A DNA stretch of 64,000 bases from Myxococcota bacterium (GTDB lineage: Bacteria > Myxococcota_A > SURF-8), in NCBI GenBank assembly GCA_965140415.1, contig OZ223209.1:1504001-1568000 (forward strand). Direction: 5' to 3'. Under the pieces are notes generated by a model that ran no database searches, was not told the DNA's origin, and saw only the letters and a list, made by a program, of their open reading frames with translations. The stretch's first letter is position 1. Each line of letters opens with the position of its first letter. This document shows positions 47,271 through 56,990 of the stretch, in pieces. Made by a program: the position numbers and the translations under genes.

Positions 47271-48236
47271 CTAAGTTTCTGCCGGTATTTCCGGTCTTTT
47301 CCTGCCGTTGGGTTGGTTGGTCAGGAAGTAAATGGCGGCTTCCCATAAGAAGCCGACGTTGTATTTGAATTCGCAGTTGGAAAAGCTGGGCCAGAACAGA
47401 TTGCAGGTGCTGCAAGGGGGCGTTTGCTTTCTTTTGTTGGTACGATGCTGCTGCTTCATTCTCCTGGCTTCATCGCTGTTGAACACTTCGAGAACCGAGT
47501 GTGTATTTAGATCACCCCAGCCGTATTTTCCTTCCTGGTCCATGCAGCACAGGGTCGACTTGCCACTGGAAAGGATGTCCAGCCGGGTGATATGCTCGCA
47601 GGGATAGCCGGGGGAGGGCAACGTGCTTTGAACGTCGCCTTTGTAGTTGAACAGTCCGACGATGAACGGCTTGACGCCTACTCGATGGCAGTACTCAATA
47701 AATTGATCTTGCATGAACAAAGTCTGACGGTTCGTTCGTGTCATTCTGAACGTGATGTTTTTTGCAACGCGTGATTTCCGTTTCGAATCCGTCAGGTAAG
47801 CTAGGTTGGAAAGCGTTTTCTCCAGATTGAGGCCCATTTCTTCCTTGTAGACTTTGGAATCCAATGTGTTCAGGCTGATAAACAGATGATCGATACCGAG
47901 ATCGACCATTTCATCGATTCGTTTCGGCGTCATCAGGTAGGCGTTGGAATACAGGCGCAACTTCGTTTTCGGTAGTTTGCGGCGGATGTGTTCCATCCTG
48001 GAGATGATTTTCGGGTCCATGAAGGGTTCGCCATTCAAAAACGGTTCGATGGCTGGCAGCGGAAACCGGGTGCAGTCATCGACGATCTTTTCGAACAGGT
48101 CGTCGCTCATGGTTTTTCGATCACGAGCCAGTCTTGAATTGGGGCAAAAAGAACATGTTGCATTGCAACGATTGGTCGTTTCAATCGAGACGAGTCGTGG
48201 AATTTCGGTCATGGATCGCGATGTCATGTTTTGCAT
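47271..48236 (-). CDS. Radical SAM protein with SPASM/Twitch domain
   Basis: IETTNRCNATCSFCP, GEPFMD; C-terminal PC..LCC.D..G...CSTC. Confidence 0.88.
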   Translation of the reverse strand: MQNMTSRSMTEIPRLVSIETTNRCNATCSFCPNSRLARDRKTMSDDLFEKIVDDCTRFPLPAIEPFLNGEPFMDPKIISRMEHIRRKLPKTKLRLYSNAYLMTPKRIDEMVDLGIDHLFISLNTLDSKVYKEEMGLNLEKTLSNLAYLTDSKRKSRVAKNITFRMTRTNRQTLFMQDQFIEYCHRVGVKPFIVGLFNYKGDVQSTLPSPGYPCEHITRLDILSSGKSTLCCMDQEGKYGWGDLNTHSVLEVFNSDEARRMKQQHRTNKRKQTPPCSTCNLFWPSFSNCEFKYNVGFLWEAAIYFLTNQPNGRKRPEIPAET

Positions 48237-48368
48237 ATGAAAGCTCCATGGTTAGTTGAATTTCCTCTCCTTGAGCTCTGTTGTTCCCGATGCCGCTAGT
48301 CGTCAAGGAATCGATTTGATATCCATACCGATCGTTCATGAAATTTTTCGTGAGTCATTACTTTCAAT

Positions 48369-48398
48369 ATAGTAAACTGTACCGAGTAGTTTCGTCAA
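48369..48398 (-). promoter_or_regulatory. Possible promoter TTGACG-N18-TACTAT for the rSAM/CDP-alcohol operon
   Basis: Read on the minus strand in the divergent intergenic region. Confidence 0.4.
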
Positions 48399-48908
48399 TC
48401 CTTGTTGTTTAGAGTCGGCTCGAACAGATCGGATGGCACAAAATATTGAAAAAGAATGATGAACTTCATGCCGGGGATAACCAAAATGGCTAAATATTTC
48501 AGTGATAACAGTTTGTTAGGTGGGTTGTTACCGCGTGAAAAAAGTCCAATCTTATAGAGTGGTTTGCAGTCTGGAAGATATTAATTGCGATTTGAGACGG
48601 AGTTCAGCATTATTGCACTTGAGTTGGGAATATATACCGTTGAGTGTAAGGTTATAACAAGAGACGGCTGCTTCTGTAAGTTACTGTAAGCGCAGTCGTT
48701 CTCGTTTCGTATTAACTTTCATGAAATCAGGGAAGGAAATAAAAAGTAAACTGGCTGGTCCGCATAAATGAAATGGCCGTGATTTAAGATCTTTCTTTAA
48801 CGATTTCAAATAGCTTGCCGGATAAACAAAACATGAAAAAATCGTGACAAGCTTATGGAACTATGAAATGATAGCACTCCTGTTTAGAGGTTTGATCTTG
48901 GAGGAGAT

Positions 48909-50528
48909 GTGCGCCGCAAACAATGGTTGATCATCTTGGGGATGCTTGTAACACTGCCACTGCTTGGTTTTTGTGCAGATGCGGCGGCGTCTGATGGAAC
49001 CCATGTTTCGCAGGCCGAAGCCAAAGTGCTACCCAACGCCGAGCAAGTCGCCGTAAGCGCGCAAATGGAAGAAGAAGAAGAGGATTGGGGCGATGATTGG
49101 GACGATCCGGATTGGGGGATGGATAATGGCAAACCCAAGGATGTACCCCCGGAGCAGATCTATGACCTGACCCGTTGCATCGAAATCGCGATGGAACGAA
49201 ATCAGGCCATCAAAGCCGCCAATTGGGACGTTCAATATTACGATGCCAAAGCCAGCGAAGCCTGGTGGGCATGGTTCCCATCGATTTCCTTCCGTTCCCT
49301 TATTGCGCCCGCTCCCGATTACAGCGATGCACCCGATCCCAGCGATATGCAGGCTTTTTTGAACTATCGCAGTGGAGATTGGTGGGATTTCAATAGTGTG
49401 ATCTGGGGTAACCGCGCCAGCCTAACGATGCCGCTTTACACCTTCGGAAAAATTCGCAGTGTTCGAAAGATGGGCCCGTTGGCCAAGCATGGTGGCCGTC
49501 TCCAGCGGCGTGTCATCAAGGGACGCATCGCTCATGAAGTCAAACGCGCCTATTACACCCTGCAATTCACCAATCGTATGAACGATTCGCTGGATGAGGC
49601 GATACACTATCTGGAAGAGGCTGAATCCAAGCTCGACCGATTGCTGGAGAAAGGTTCGGAGTCCGTTAGCGATACCGATCGCTACGAGTTGGAAGTGGTA
49701 CGGGTGGATATCGAGGCGCGTAAAGCCGAAGCCAAGCGCAGTACCTATTTGTTGCATCGGGCGTTGCAGGAGTTGATGAATTTACCCAAGAATACGCCCT
49801 TGTACCTGGATCACCGGATTCTGCAAAGTCCAACAGCCAATCCGGCTTTGAAGACGTTTGAAGGCGCTCAGAAAGCGATGGAGCTGAAGAGGCCGGAATA
49901 TGAGTTGTTGGACCTCGATGTCAAACTCAAGCAAAAGGAAGCGGATCGGAAATTTGCGGACTACTTCCCGAATTTCTTTTTACGCCTGCAATATGATTAC
50001 GTTTATTCTCCTGAAATCCAGGATTTGAAACATCCCTATTTAAACGATCCATACAACGTCAACAGCTTTACCGGCTTTATCGGTTTGCAGTATGACCTCG
50101 ATTTCAACCGCATCATTCCGCAAAACAGGCAGGCAGAAGCCAAACTGCACAAAAGCCAGCACATGCGGGACTTCAAACGCGGGATGATGTCGCTGGAACT
50201 GGAACAAGCCTACGAGAAATACTTAGAAAAACTCGAGCAGGTAAAGATCAATGAAAACGGCATGATCGCAGGGAAAAAATGGATGGTCGCCGAGTGGATC
50301 CGCTACGATGTCGGCACCACCAGCACTTCCGATCTGGTCAAGGCCGTGGCGGCTTATTTCAAAACCCAGTTCTACTATCACGCTGCGGTGCACGCCGTGT
50401 ATCTGGCGGAGTCCAAGCTGCAATTCCTGATGGGCGTTGAACTGGAAGAACTGGCCGGCCCCCAGGAGAGACTGTTTTTAGAGGCGGATGACGTGCCGGA
50501 AGAAACACCGCTGCCGGATCTGCCTTAA
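48909..50528 (+). CDS. TolC-family outer membrane protein
   Basis: Signal peptide; LTRCIEIAMERN, PLYTFGKI, VKRAYY, RPE motifs; helical repeats. Confidence 0.85.
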   Translation: MRRKQWLIILGMLVTLPLLGFCADAAASDGTHVSQAEAKVLPNAEQVAVSAQMEEEEEDWGDDWDDPDWGMDNGKPKDVPPEQIYDLTRCIEIAMERNQAIKAANWDVQYYDAKASEAWWAWFPSISFRSLIAPAPDYSDAPDPSDMQAFLNYRSGDWWDFNSVIWGNRASLTMPLYTFGKIRSVRKMGPLAKHGGRLQRRVIKGRIAHEVKRAYYTLQFTNRMNDSLDEAIHYLEEAESKLDRLLEKGSESVSDTDRYELEVVRVDIEARKAEAKRSTYLLHRALQELMNLPKNTPLYLDHRILQSPTANPALKTFEGAQKAMELKRPEYELLDLDVKLKQKEADRKFADYFPNFFLRLQYDYVYSPEIQDLKHPYLNDPYNVNSFTGFIGLQYDLDFNRIIPQNRQAEAKLHKSQHMRDFKRGMMSLELEQAYEKYLEKLEQVKINENGMIAGKKWMVAEWIRYDVGTTSTSDLVKAVAAYFKTQFYYHAAVHAVYLAESKLQFLMGVELEELAGPQERLFLEADDVPEETPLPDLP

Positions 50529-50542
50529 CATCACGAGGTGTC

Positions 50543-51238
50543 ATGATGCGTTCAATAGCTTCATATTGCGTTTTGTTTATCGTTTTTGTTTTCGTGCTTG
50601 GTTTTTCACCTGCTGCCCAGGCCGGACCGGCTTTGGAAATGATGACGGCGAAGGAAAAGACCATCCGCAATTTACTTGCGACGCCGACCGTGAAAGGCAC
50701 GGAAGCGCACCTGAAAAAGGAAACCACGCTTCGAAGCGTCATAAACGAAATGTTCGATTTCGAAGAGCTTGGCAAACGCGCGTTGATCTTCCACTGGGAC
50801 AGCCTGACGCCGGAGCAGCGCATCGATTTTCTGGGTACGCTGCAAGCACTGATCGAGAAAAACTACCTGCTGCGTATTGCCGGCTCGACCACCTATAAAC
50901 TCAAGTGGTTCGGAGAGGCTCCGGTTCCGGATGAGGATTACACGGTGGTGCGTTTCAAATTGAAAAGCGGAAACTACAAGGCAGCCATTCAATTCCGTAC
51001 GATTGTCAAAAACGGCAAGCCGGTCATTTTCGATATGCTGATCGACGATGTCAGCTTGATGGAGAACTACCGTTCCCAGTTCAATAAAATCATCCGCAAA
51101 GACGGTTTTAATGAACTGATGGCCAAGATGAAGCGCAAGCTAGGTGAGATGGATGCTCCTGCCGGTGGAAAGATCGGCAATGACTCCTTCGACAAGCCGG
51201 CGGCGCCTGCTCCTACAGCCCCTGCGGCCACTCCGTAG
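50543..51238 (+). CDS. MlaC/Ttg2D-family periplasmic lipid-binding protein
   Basis: FDFEELGKRAL..HW.SLTPEQR..F; D..IDDVSL.ENYRSQF..II...G...L. Confidence 0.88.
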   Translation: MMRSIASYCVLFIVFVFVLGFSPAAQAGPALEMMTAKEKTIRNLLATPTVKGTEAHLKKETTLRSVINEMFDFEELGKRALIFHWDSLTPEQRIDFLGTLQALIEKNYLLRIAGSTTYKLKWFGEAPVPDEDYTVVRFKLKSGNYKAAIQFRTIVKNGKPVIFDMLIDDVSLMENYRSQFNKIIRKDGFNELMAKMKRKLGEMDAPAGGKIGNDSFDKPAAPAPTAPAATP

Positions 51239-51259
51239 CGTCGTTTGCCATTTCAAATT

Positions 51260-52159
51260 ATGAGCCAGACTCCTCCAGCCGAAAGCCATCAAATTTTGGG
51301 AGGCTGGCGGCTTGTCGAATGCCTGCACCGTGGTGTAGAGACGGAACTCTGGCGCGTCCAACGACGTAACGCTACAGAAACTGAGCAGGCCGTCATTAAA
51401 CGCCTGTATCCACAGCAGGCGCAGCTTTCGTCGGCTCGGGATCGCATACACGCGGAGATGCGCTGGCTTTCTCGTCTGCAACATACCAATATCATTAGGC
51501 TGCTGGATTTCGGAAACGAAGGCGGTTCTCCCTTTGTGGTCCTGCAATGGGTAGAAGGGCTGGACCTTGCGCGTTTGTTCAAGAACATGTGCGCCGCAGG
51601 CGATCGCTTGCCGGAAGCTGCCATCTCCTATATTGCTTATGAGCTATCACAAGCCTTGCTTGCTGTTCATCGCTGTACAAACTCGGAAACCGGTGAATGT
51701 CTGGGCCTGGTTCATCGGGATATTTGCCCGGCGAACGTGCTGCTGTCCACGGATGGCGAGATCAAACTGATCGATTTCGGGCTGGCGTTGAGCTTGTGCC
51801 AGCGTCAGCAGCAGCCCAAGCTGGAGCCCTGCGGGCATCTTGCGTATCTCAGTCCGGAGCGCGCACGGGGTGAAATGGCGAGCGAGCAAAGCGACCTGTT
51901 CGCGCTGGGGATCATCTTGTGGGAGCTTATAGAAGGCAGGCGGCTGTTTGCGGCTGACGACGCGACACAAAGCCTGTATCAGATAGAAGCCTGTGTGATT
52001 CCGCCTGTAAGGGAAAGCGTGTCTGCAAATCTCGCCGAGCTGCTTCGCAGCCTATTGCATGTCGATGCCAACCAACGCTTTTGTCATTTCAACTTGTCGG
52101 AATCGGAAGTGGAAGAGGGAAGGCGCGCTCTTGCCCAACTCGTGCGCCGCTATGCATGA
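51260..52159 (+). CDS. Ser/Thr protein kinase (kinase domain only)
   Basis: AVIKRL, H.NII.LLD.G, HRDICPANVLL, DFG, YLSPE, SDLFALG; Gly-rich loop degenerate. Confidence 0.88.
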   Translation: MSQTPPAESHQILGGWRLVECLHRGVETELWRVQRRNATETEQAVIKRLYPQQAQLSSARDRIHAEMRWLSRLQHTNIIRLLDFGNEGGSPFVVLQWVEGLDLARLFKNMCAAGDRLPEAAISYIAYELSQALLAVHRCTNSETGECLGLVHRDICPANVLLSTDGEIKLIDFGLALSLCQRQQQPKLEPCGHLAYLSPERARGEMASEQSDLFALGIILWELIEGRRLFAADDATQSLYQIEACVIPPVRESVSANLAELLRSLLHVDANQRFCHFNLSESEVEEGRRALAQLVRRYA

Positions 52160-52173
52160 GGCTTTGTGAAGCC

Positions 52174-52683
52174 TCACGGTGTTTCTTGCTGCTCTTTTAA
52201 AGAACACGCGGATAGGTCGGGTGTGGGAAGCAGGCCGCTGCGGCGAATCTCGATGATTTCCGGTACGAACCGGCGGCTGCGTTTGGCGAGGCGGTCGAAG
52301 CTGATACTGATGGCGAGCATAAGCGCCAGCCCCAGACCAGCACCAATGATGGAGCCGTTTTCACTGGCAGAAGCGTCTGCCCCGCCAAGAGTTGAGCCGA
52401 TCAGAGCCCCGGCGATCAAACCGATCAGTGGTAACAGATACATAAATAGCGAGGAAATGAGAAAGGTGCCCTGCGGCATGGCTACGGAAACGTAATCGCC
52501 TACTTTGCCGCCGACGCTGTTCAAGGCCCGCAGCATATCCGGCTTGTCTTTTCCCAGTGCAAAGCACAAACCGCGCTCCGTGCATTTCTCGCACGCGCCC
52601 CGGCGGGGTGTCGCGACAATAGCCTGGTTTCCGTCAAGCTGCCGAATCACTCCGTTGCGTACTGTCGATGTATCCGAATTCAT
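52174..52683 (-). CDS. RseC/MucC-family (SoxR reducing system) membrane protein
   Basis: ACEKC....LC, A.N..G.KVGD.V.V, Y.LPL plus two TMs; start ATG 52683. Confidence 0.85.
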   Translation of the reverse strand: MNSDTSTVRNGVIRQLDGNQAIVATPRRGACEKCTERGLCFALGKDKPDMLRALNSVGGKVGDYVSVAMPQGTFLISSLFMYLLPLIGLIAGALIGSTLGGADASASENGSIIGAGLGLALMLAISISFDRLAKRSRRFVPEIIEIRRSGLLPTPDLSACSLKEQQETP

Positions 52684-52780
52684 ATCCCGTGTTCCTTGCG
52701 ATTTCTTCCGCTTAAAAACGAACGCCGGTATTATTGCGCCCACAGGGTGTTACGTCAACGATTGATGGCCGTTCATTCCA

Positions 52781-52815
52781 AAAAGAAAAAGACCTCCGAT
52801 GCAGCAGGAGGTCTT
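52781..52815 (-). terminator. Rho-independent terminator closing the tmc/hmc operon
   Basis: AGACCTCC/GGAGGTCT stem + TTTTCTTTT on the minus strand. Confidence 0.8.
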
Positions 52816-52848
52816 ATGAAGTCGCATAGAGTTGTTTTAAGTACTTGG

Positions 52849-52989
52849 TTATTCCTTGCTGTCGCGATCGACCAGGAAGCGGTAGAACGCAACGAAGCAG
52901 AGCAGCCACGTCACGATGACCACATAGGTGACGCCTTCGGAATGAACCAGGAAATCCTGTAAGGTATAGAAAATATTGCCTTCGTGCAT
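52849..52989 (-). CDS. hmcD: HmcD-like small membrane subunit (46 aa), not in the ORF track
   Basis: RBS AGGAG; MHEGNIFYTLQDFLVHSEGVTYVVIVTWLLCFVAFYRFLVDRDSKE; lies right after hmcC and before the terminator. Confidence 0.82.
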   Translation of the reverse strand: MHEGNIFYTLQDFLVHSEGVTYVVIVTWLLCFVAFYRFLVDRDSKE

Positions 52990-53004
52990 GGCGTTCTCCT
53001 GTGG

Positions 53005-54183
53005 CTAGTCGTGTTCCGGGTAATCGGGATGTTCGTAGAAAATCGGCATATGGGTAACGATGAAACGGAAAGCCAGAACTCCCAACGTTACCAGGAAGAT
53101 CGAAAGAGCAACTTCCATCCAGTGCGGCGTGTAGCGCAATTCACTGGGCAGGTGGTAGTTGAACGCGGTCAGTGAGATATTCAAGCGGTTGAAGACGATT
53201 CCCAGCACCGTGATAAGGGCCGCCCAGCGGATCAGCGTGCGGTTCTTTTCGCGAACGCCGATTGCATACATAACACAGGGCGTGGCCACGAAGCCGAACA
53301 TCTCGACCAGGAATATCGCGCCGTAGTCCGAGTTCAAATAGCCCCAGTTGTTGTCCAGGCTGACTCCGATCCATTTAATGGCGAAGTATCCGGCCAGCAC
53401 CATCGAAGCGGCCTTACCGAATCCGAAGACTAAAGCATCTGCGGCTTCCAGGTGTTTTTCGTCCATCTTGTGATGGAAGTATTTGTGCGACAAGCCACCC
53501 TCGAAGAGCACCATGGATAGACCTGCTGCGATACTGGATACGAAGAAGAAGACCGGCAGGAAGGAACTGTACCACAAAGGGTGCAGTTTTCCCGGCGTCA
53601 TCAGATACATCGCACCCAGTGAACTCTGGTGCAGCGTGCTCAGTACTACGCCGAAAATCGTCAACAGGATCGTCAGTTTGTGGATCAGACCGCGCAGCTT
53701 TTTCAGGCCCAGCCATTCCATCGGTGCAATGGAGAATTCCAGGAACAGAACGGTCAGATACAACGCCACGCAGGCGGCCACTTCGAACATAACCGAGGTG
53801 GTTCCTTGTTGAACAAGAAACGGGTAGGGCAGCCGCAGGGGGCGTCCGACATCATAGAGCAGCGCAACGACCACCAGGGCATAGCCTAAAAATCCGGTTA
53901 AGATCGCCGGGCGCACGGCGGCGTGGTATTTTTTCATACCGAATAAATACACGCCTGCGCTGGTGGTGTAACCACCCGCCGCCAGGGCAACACCGCAAAG
54001 CAGATCGAAGCCGATCCAGAATCCCCATGGGGTGTAGCCGTCTAGATTCGTTACGGTGGCCAGACCACCGGTGAAGCGCAGCACGGTGATGACCAGACCG
54101 ACGATCACGATGATTCCGGCAACGATGTTGAACGGTGTCAACAGCCCCCTCCCATTACTCTGAACAGCAGTCTCGTGGGACAT
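53005..54183 (-). CDS. hmcC: NrfD/HybB-family membrane subunit HmcC
   Basis: PWGFWIGFD..CGVALAAGG, DVGRP.R, LSTLHQSSLG, KLHPLWYS; about 10 TMs. Confidence 0.88.
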   Translation of the reverse strand: MSHETAVQSNGRGLLTPFNIVAGIIVIVGLVITVLRFTGGLATVTNLDGYTPWGFWIGFDLLCGVALAAGGYTTSAGVYLFGMKKYHAAVRPAILTGFLGYALVVVALLYDVGRPLRLPYPFLVQQGTTSVMFEVAACVALYLTVLFLEFSIAPMEWLGLKKLRGLIHKLTILLTIFGVVLSTLHQSSLGAMYLMTPGKLHPLWYSSFLPVFFFVSSIAAGLSMVLFEGGLSHKYFHHKMDEKHLEAADALVFGFGKAASMVLAGYFAIKWIGVSLDNNWGYLNSDYGAIFLVEMFGFVATPCVMYAIGVREKNRTLIRWAALITVLGIVFNRLNISLTAFNYHLPSELRYTPHWMEVALSIFLVTLGVLAFRFIVTHMPIFYEHPDYPEHD

Positions 54184-55262
54184 CAGGCTTTCTCCTCGGT
54201 TTTCTCTTGAGCAGCTTGCTCCAACTCTTTTTTATAATCGTCAATCGCCTTTTTCACGGCGCGATTCACGGCCATTTCCTGCGATTTCTTGGCGTTTTCC
54301 TTTTCCTTTTTCACTCGTTCCGCCAATGTGGCGTCCGCTGCTTGCTGGTTTTGCTGCACGGCCTGAGCCAGTTCCTGAGCCGCAATCTTTTCTTTACGCT
54401 TGCTCATGGCATAGATACCGGTCAGCAGCACCGGCCAAAGACCAACGACCATCGGCACCGCGCCCAGCGCACCGGCAGTCAATTCCGGTGGTGGAGAGTG
54501 AGGAACGTGCGTCGAGAGTCCCAGATCGTTGAAATCTACTCCGGCGATATACAGCCAACTCGTTCCGCCGATTTCTTTTTCACCAAAGATGTGGTCTTTA
54601 TAGCGTTCGGGATGATCTTTGATGCGCTTGCGAGCGATCTTTAACAGGTCGTCGCGCTTACCGAAGGTCAGTGCTTCCATCGGGCAGGCTTCTACGCAGC
54701 CGGGCAACTTGCCTTCTTTGATGCGCGGATAGCACATGGTGCAGCGAATGACGACCGGGGTGGTCGGGTTGTCGTATTCATATCCCGGCAGGCTCCAGGG
54801 GCAGGCCAGCAGGCAGAAGCGGCAACCGACGCACACGCTGGGATCGTAAACCACCGGACCTTCAGGAGATTTGTGGAAGGCATGCACGAAGCATGCATTG
54901 GCACAGGCCGGCTCCAGGCAATGGTTGCATTGCATTTTTCGGAAAACCGGCGAGCCACCTTTCCCAACACCGTCATACCGATTCACGACCGTAAAGCGCC
55001 CTGTTTCCACCCGGCGTTTCTTGTCCAGCACCGAAAGGTCGTCGAAGGGCTTTTCGGGTTTGGGCTTGTTGTTGACCCGGTTACAGGCGTCTTCGCAGGA
55101 ACGACAGCCGACGCAACGGGTGGTGTCGTGCAACACGCCGTAGCTGCCCTCATATCCTTCGAAGTGCTTGTTGGCCGAGCTGGCATGTGCCTTTTTACCC
55201 ACGGCGGCAGTCGCCCCTACGGTGGCTGCGAGTTTGAAAAATCCTCTACGAGATATGCTCAT
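54183..55262 (-). CDS. hmcB: Tat-exported 4Fe-4S subunit HmcB
   Basis: SRRGFFK; CVGCRSCEDAC, CNHCLEPACANAC, CVGCRFCLLACP, CTMC..CVEACP; C-terminal TM + coiled coil. Confidence 0.88.
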   Translation of the reverse strand: MSISRRGFFKLAATVGATAAVGKKAHASSANKHFEGYEGSYGVLHDTTRCVGCRSCEDACNRVNNKPKPEKPFDDLSVLDKKRRVETGRFTVVNRYDGVGKGGSPVFRKMQCNHCLEPACANACFVHAFHKSPEGPVVYDPSVCVGCRFCLLACPWSLPGYEYDNPTTPVVIRCTMCYPRIKEGKLPGCVEACPMEALTFGKRDDLLKIARKRIKDHPERYKDHIFGEKEIGGTSWLYIAGVDFNDLGLSTHVPHSPPPELTAGALGAVPMVVGLWPVLLTGIYAMSKRKEKIAAQELAQAVQQNQQAADATLAERVKKEKENAKKSQEMAVNRAVKKAIDDYKKELEQAAQEKTEEKA

Positions 55263-55306
55263 GGTTCACTCCTTGACCGAACCTGTATCGCTTGATCGAG
55301 TATGAG

Positions 55307-56926
55307 TCACAGTTTTTTCTTGATGTGGCAGTCCTGACATCCCTGGGCTTTCTCCACTTTCATGCTCTTATGGCAGCCCATGCACATCAAGTGATAGGCT
55401 CCCTTTAATCCCGGACGGTGGATGTCTTCATCATCGAAGGGCGCACCGTGACAATTGCTGCATAGCGGCGGTTTCTCGCCGACCGGCGTATTGTGATGGC
55501 AGCCCTGGCACAGGGCGTCTTCTCCGCCGTGGAAATACAAGGCCATCGGACTTCTCCGGATACCTTCCAGCAGCTTATCAACGTGGTTGTCATGCGCGAA
55601 ATTCACTGGCCGATAAAGGTTTTGCAAGCTGGAAATTTTCACCTCATCCGGCAAGTCTTCTTTGTTAAAGGACAACGTATGTTGCTGTGGATCGAAACCG
55701 GAAACCTGCTGGAATGTTTGCGGTACCTGCTGGGTTTCTGCGGTATCGCCATCGCTGCTTTCTGCTTCAGCTTCCGCCATCTTTTCGCCATTTTGGTTGT
55801 GGCAGCGCACGCAGGCGTTTTTCGCGTATTTTTCCTTTGGCATCAGCGAATGGCAGCCGGCGCAGTTCTGTTCCGTCATTTTTACGTCTTCATGGCAACC
55901 CAAGCAGCTTGCGCCTTTCGTCAGCGTGTGCATGGCGTCTTCCAGATTCACACCGCCGCCGCGCTTGGTGCCGGTCATGGTGTGACAATCGCCGCAGGCG
56001 TTCATGGAATTGTGATGACAGCCACGGCAGGAGTCGGTGTAGTTTTCGTGTCCTTTGTGGTTGAAGGGGACAGCTTTTAACTTGGCTTGTTTGGGTTGTT
56101 CTTCACCATATGTGGAACGCACGACTACGACATCGGGTTGACCACGCTGCAAACGCGGCGGATTGTCGATTTCTTTGCAATTGGCCTGTTCCTTGGCGTC
56201 ATGGCAACCGGCACAGTTGGTCGGACCGGTTTTCTGGTTTCCCAGTGACATGTTCCGGTGACATCCCAGGCATTGCTCGTGTGCCACTTTGCGGAAGGAA
56301 CTGCGCCCGTGCGGCGTATTGGATTCTTCATTCTGGTGGCATTCCCGGCAAGAACTTTCGTGTCCTTTGACATAGCTTGGCTTTGCATCTGCGGCACTGT
56401 CGGAACCTTCGTGGTGACAGCGGTCGCACTGGTTTTCCATGGCCTGAATATGGCTATAGTGCAGGGATTTGTCAAAGCCGACCGGCTGGCGGGTGGAGGT
56501 GTACTCCGGTTCTGCACGGTGGCAGTCGCCACAGGTGATGGGGCCGCTTTCCTTGCCTTCATCTCTGAATTTCTGGTGGCAGCCGATGCAGCCTTCGTGA
56601 TAGAGCTCCATCAGTTCCGCACCCTTCGATTTCCACAGCCGCATGAATTTCTGGGAGAGCAGGCCGTTTTCCTGCTGCTTATGGCAGGTGCTGCAATCTT
56701 TGCCCGATTGCCCGACCGCCTCGACGTGAGCGTCGTGCTTGAATTGCACCGGCGGTCGCTCCAGATCTACGGAACTCTTCATCACGTCGATGAGTATCAG
56801 ATCGGCGCGACCGTGGCCATGTTCCTCTTCGTCCCCGAAAGCGAGCATTCCGCTCAGTCCGACCAGCAGAATCAGCGCCAGTCCCGCTACGTGTGGCCAC
56901 ATGCGATGCTTTGAAAAAAACGCCAT
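55307..56926 (-). CDS. hmcA: High-molecular-weight 16-heme cytochrome c (cytochrome c3 family)
   Basis: 16 CxxCH motifs counted; c3-type F.H..H motifs; PGLKGAYH..CMGCH; signal peptide. Confidence 0.92.
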   Translation of the reverse strand: MAFFSKHRMWPHVAGLALILLVGLSGMLAFGDEEEHGHGRADLILIDVMKSSVDLERPPVQFKHDAHVEAVGQSGKDCSTCHKQQENGLLSQKFMRLWKSKGAELMELYHEGCIGCHQKFRDEGKESGPITCGDCHRAEPEYTSTRQPVGFDKSLHYSHIQAMENQCDRCHHEGSDSAADAKPSYVKGHESSCRECHQNEESNTPHGRSSFRKVAHEQCLGCHRNMSLGNQKTGPTNCAGCHDAKEQANCKEIDNPPRLQRGQPDVVVVRSTYGEEQPKQAKLKAVPFNHKGHENYTDSCRGCHHNSMNACGDCHTMTGTKRGGGVNLEDAMHTLTKGASCLGCHEDVKMTEQNCAGCHSLMPKEKYAKNACVRCHNQNGEKMAEAEAESSDGDTAETQQVPQTFQQVSGFDPQQHTLSFNKEDLPDEVKISSLQNLYRPVNFAHDNHVDKLLEGIRRSPMALYFHGGEDALCQGCHHNTPVGEKPPLCSNCHGAPFDDEDIHRPGLKGAYHLMCMGCHKSMKVEKAQGCQDCHIKKKL

Positions 56927-56990
56927 CTCAGTTTTCCTTCATCTGCTTATGAATACGCTACGATCGTTTCGTGCCGTTCGTGTTGCGTTC

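Noticed and set aside
47271-48236. rSAM/SPASM protein as a RiPP maturase
   Set aside because: No convincing precursor peptide, RRE domain or peptidase/transporter nearby; the neighbours point to lipid or sugar chemistry.
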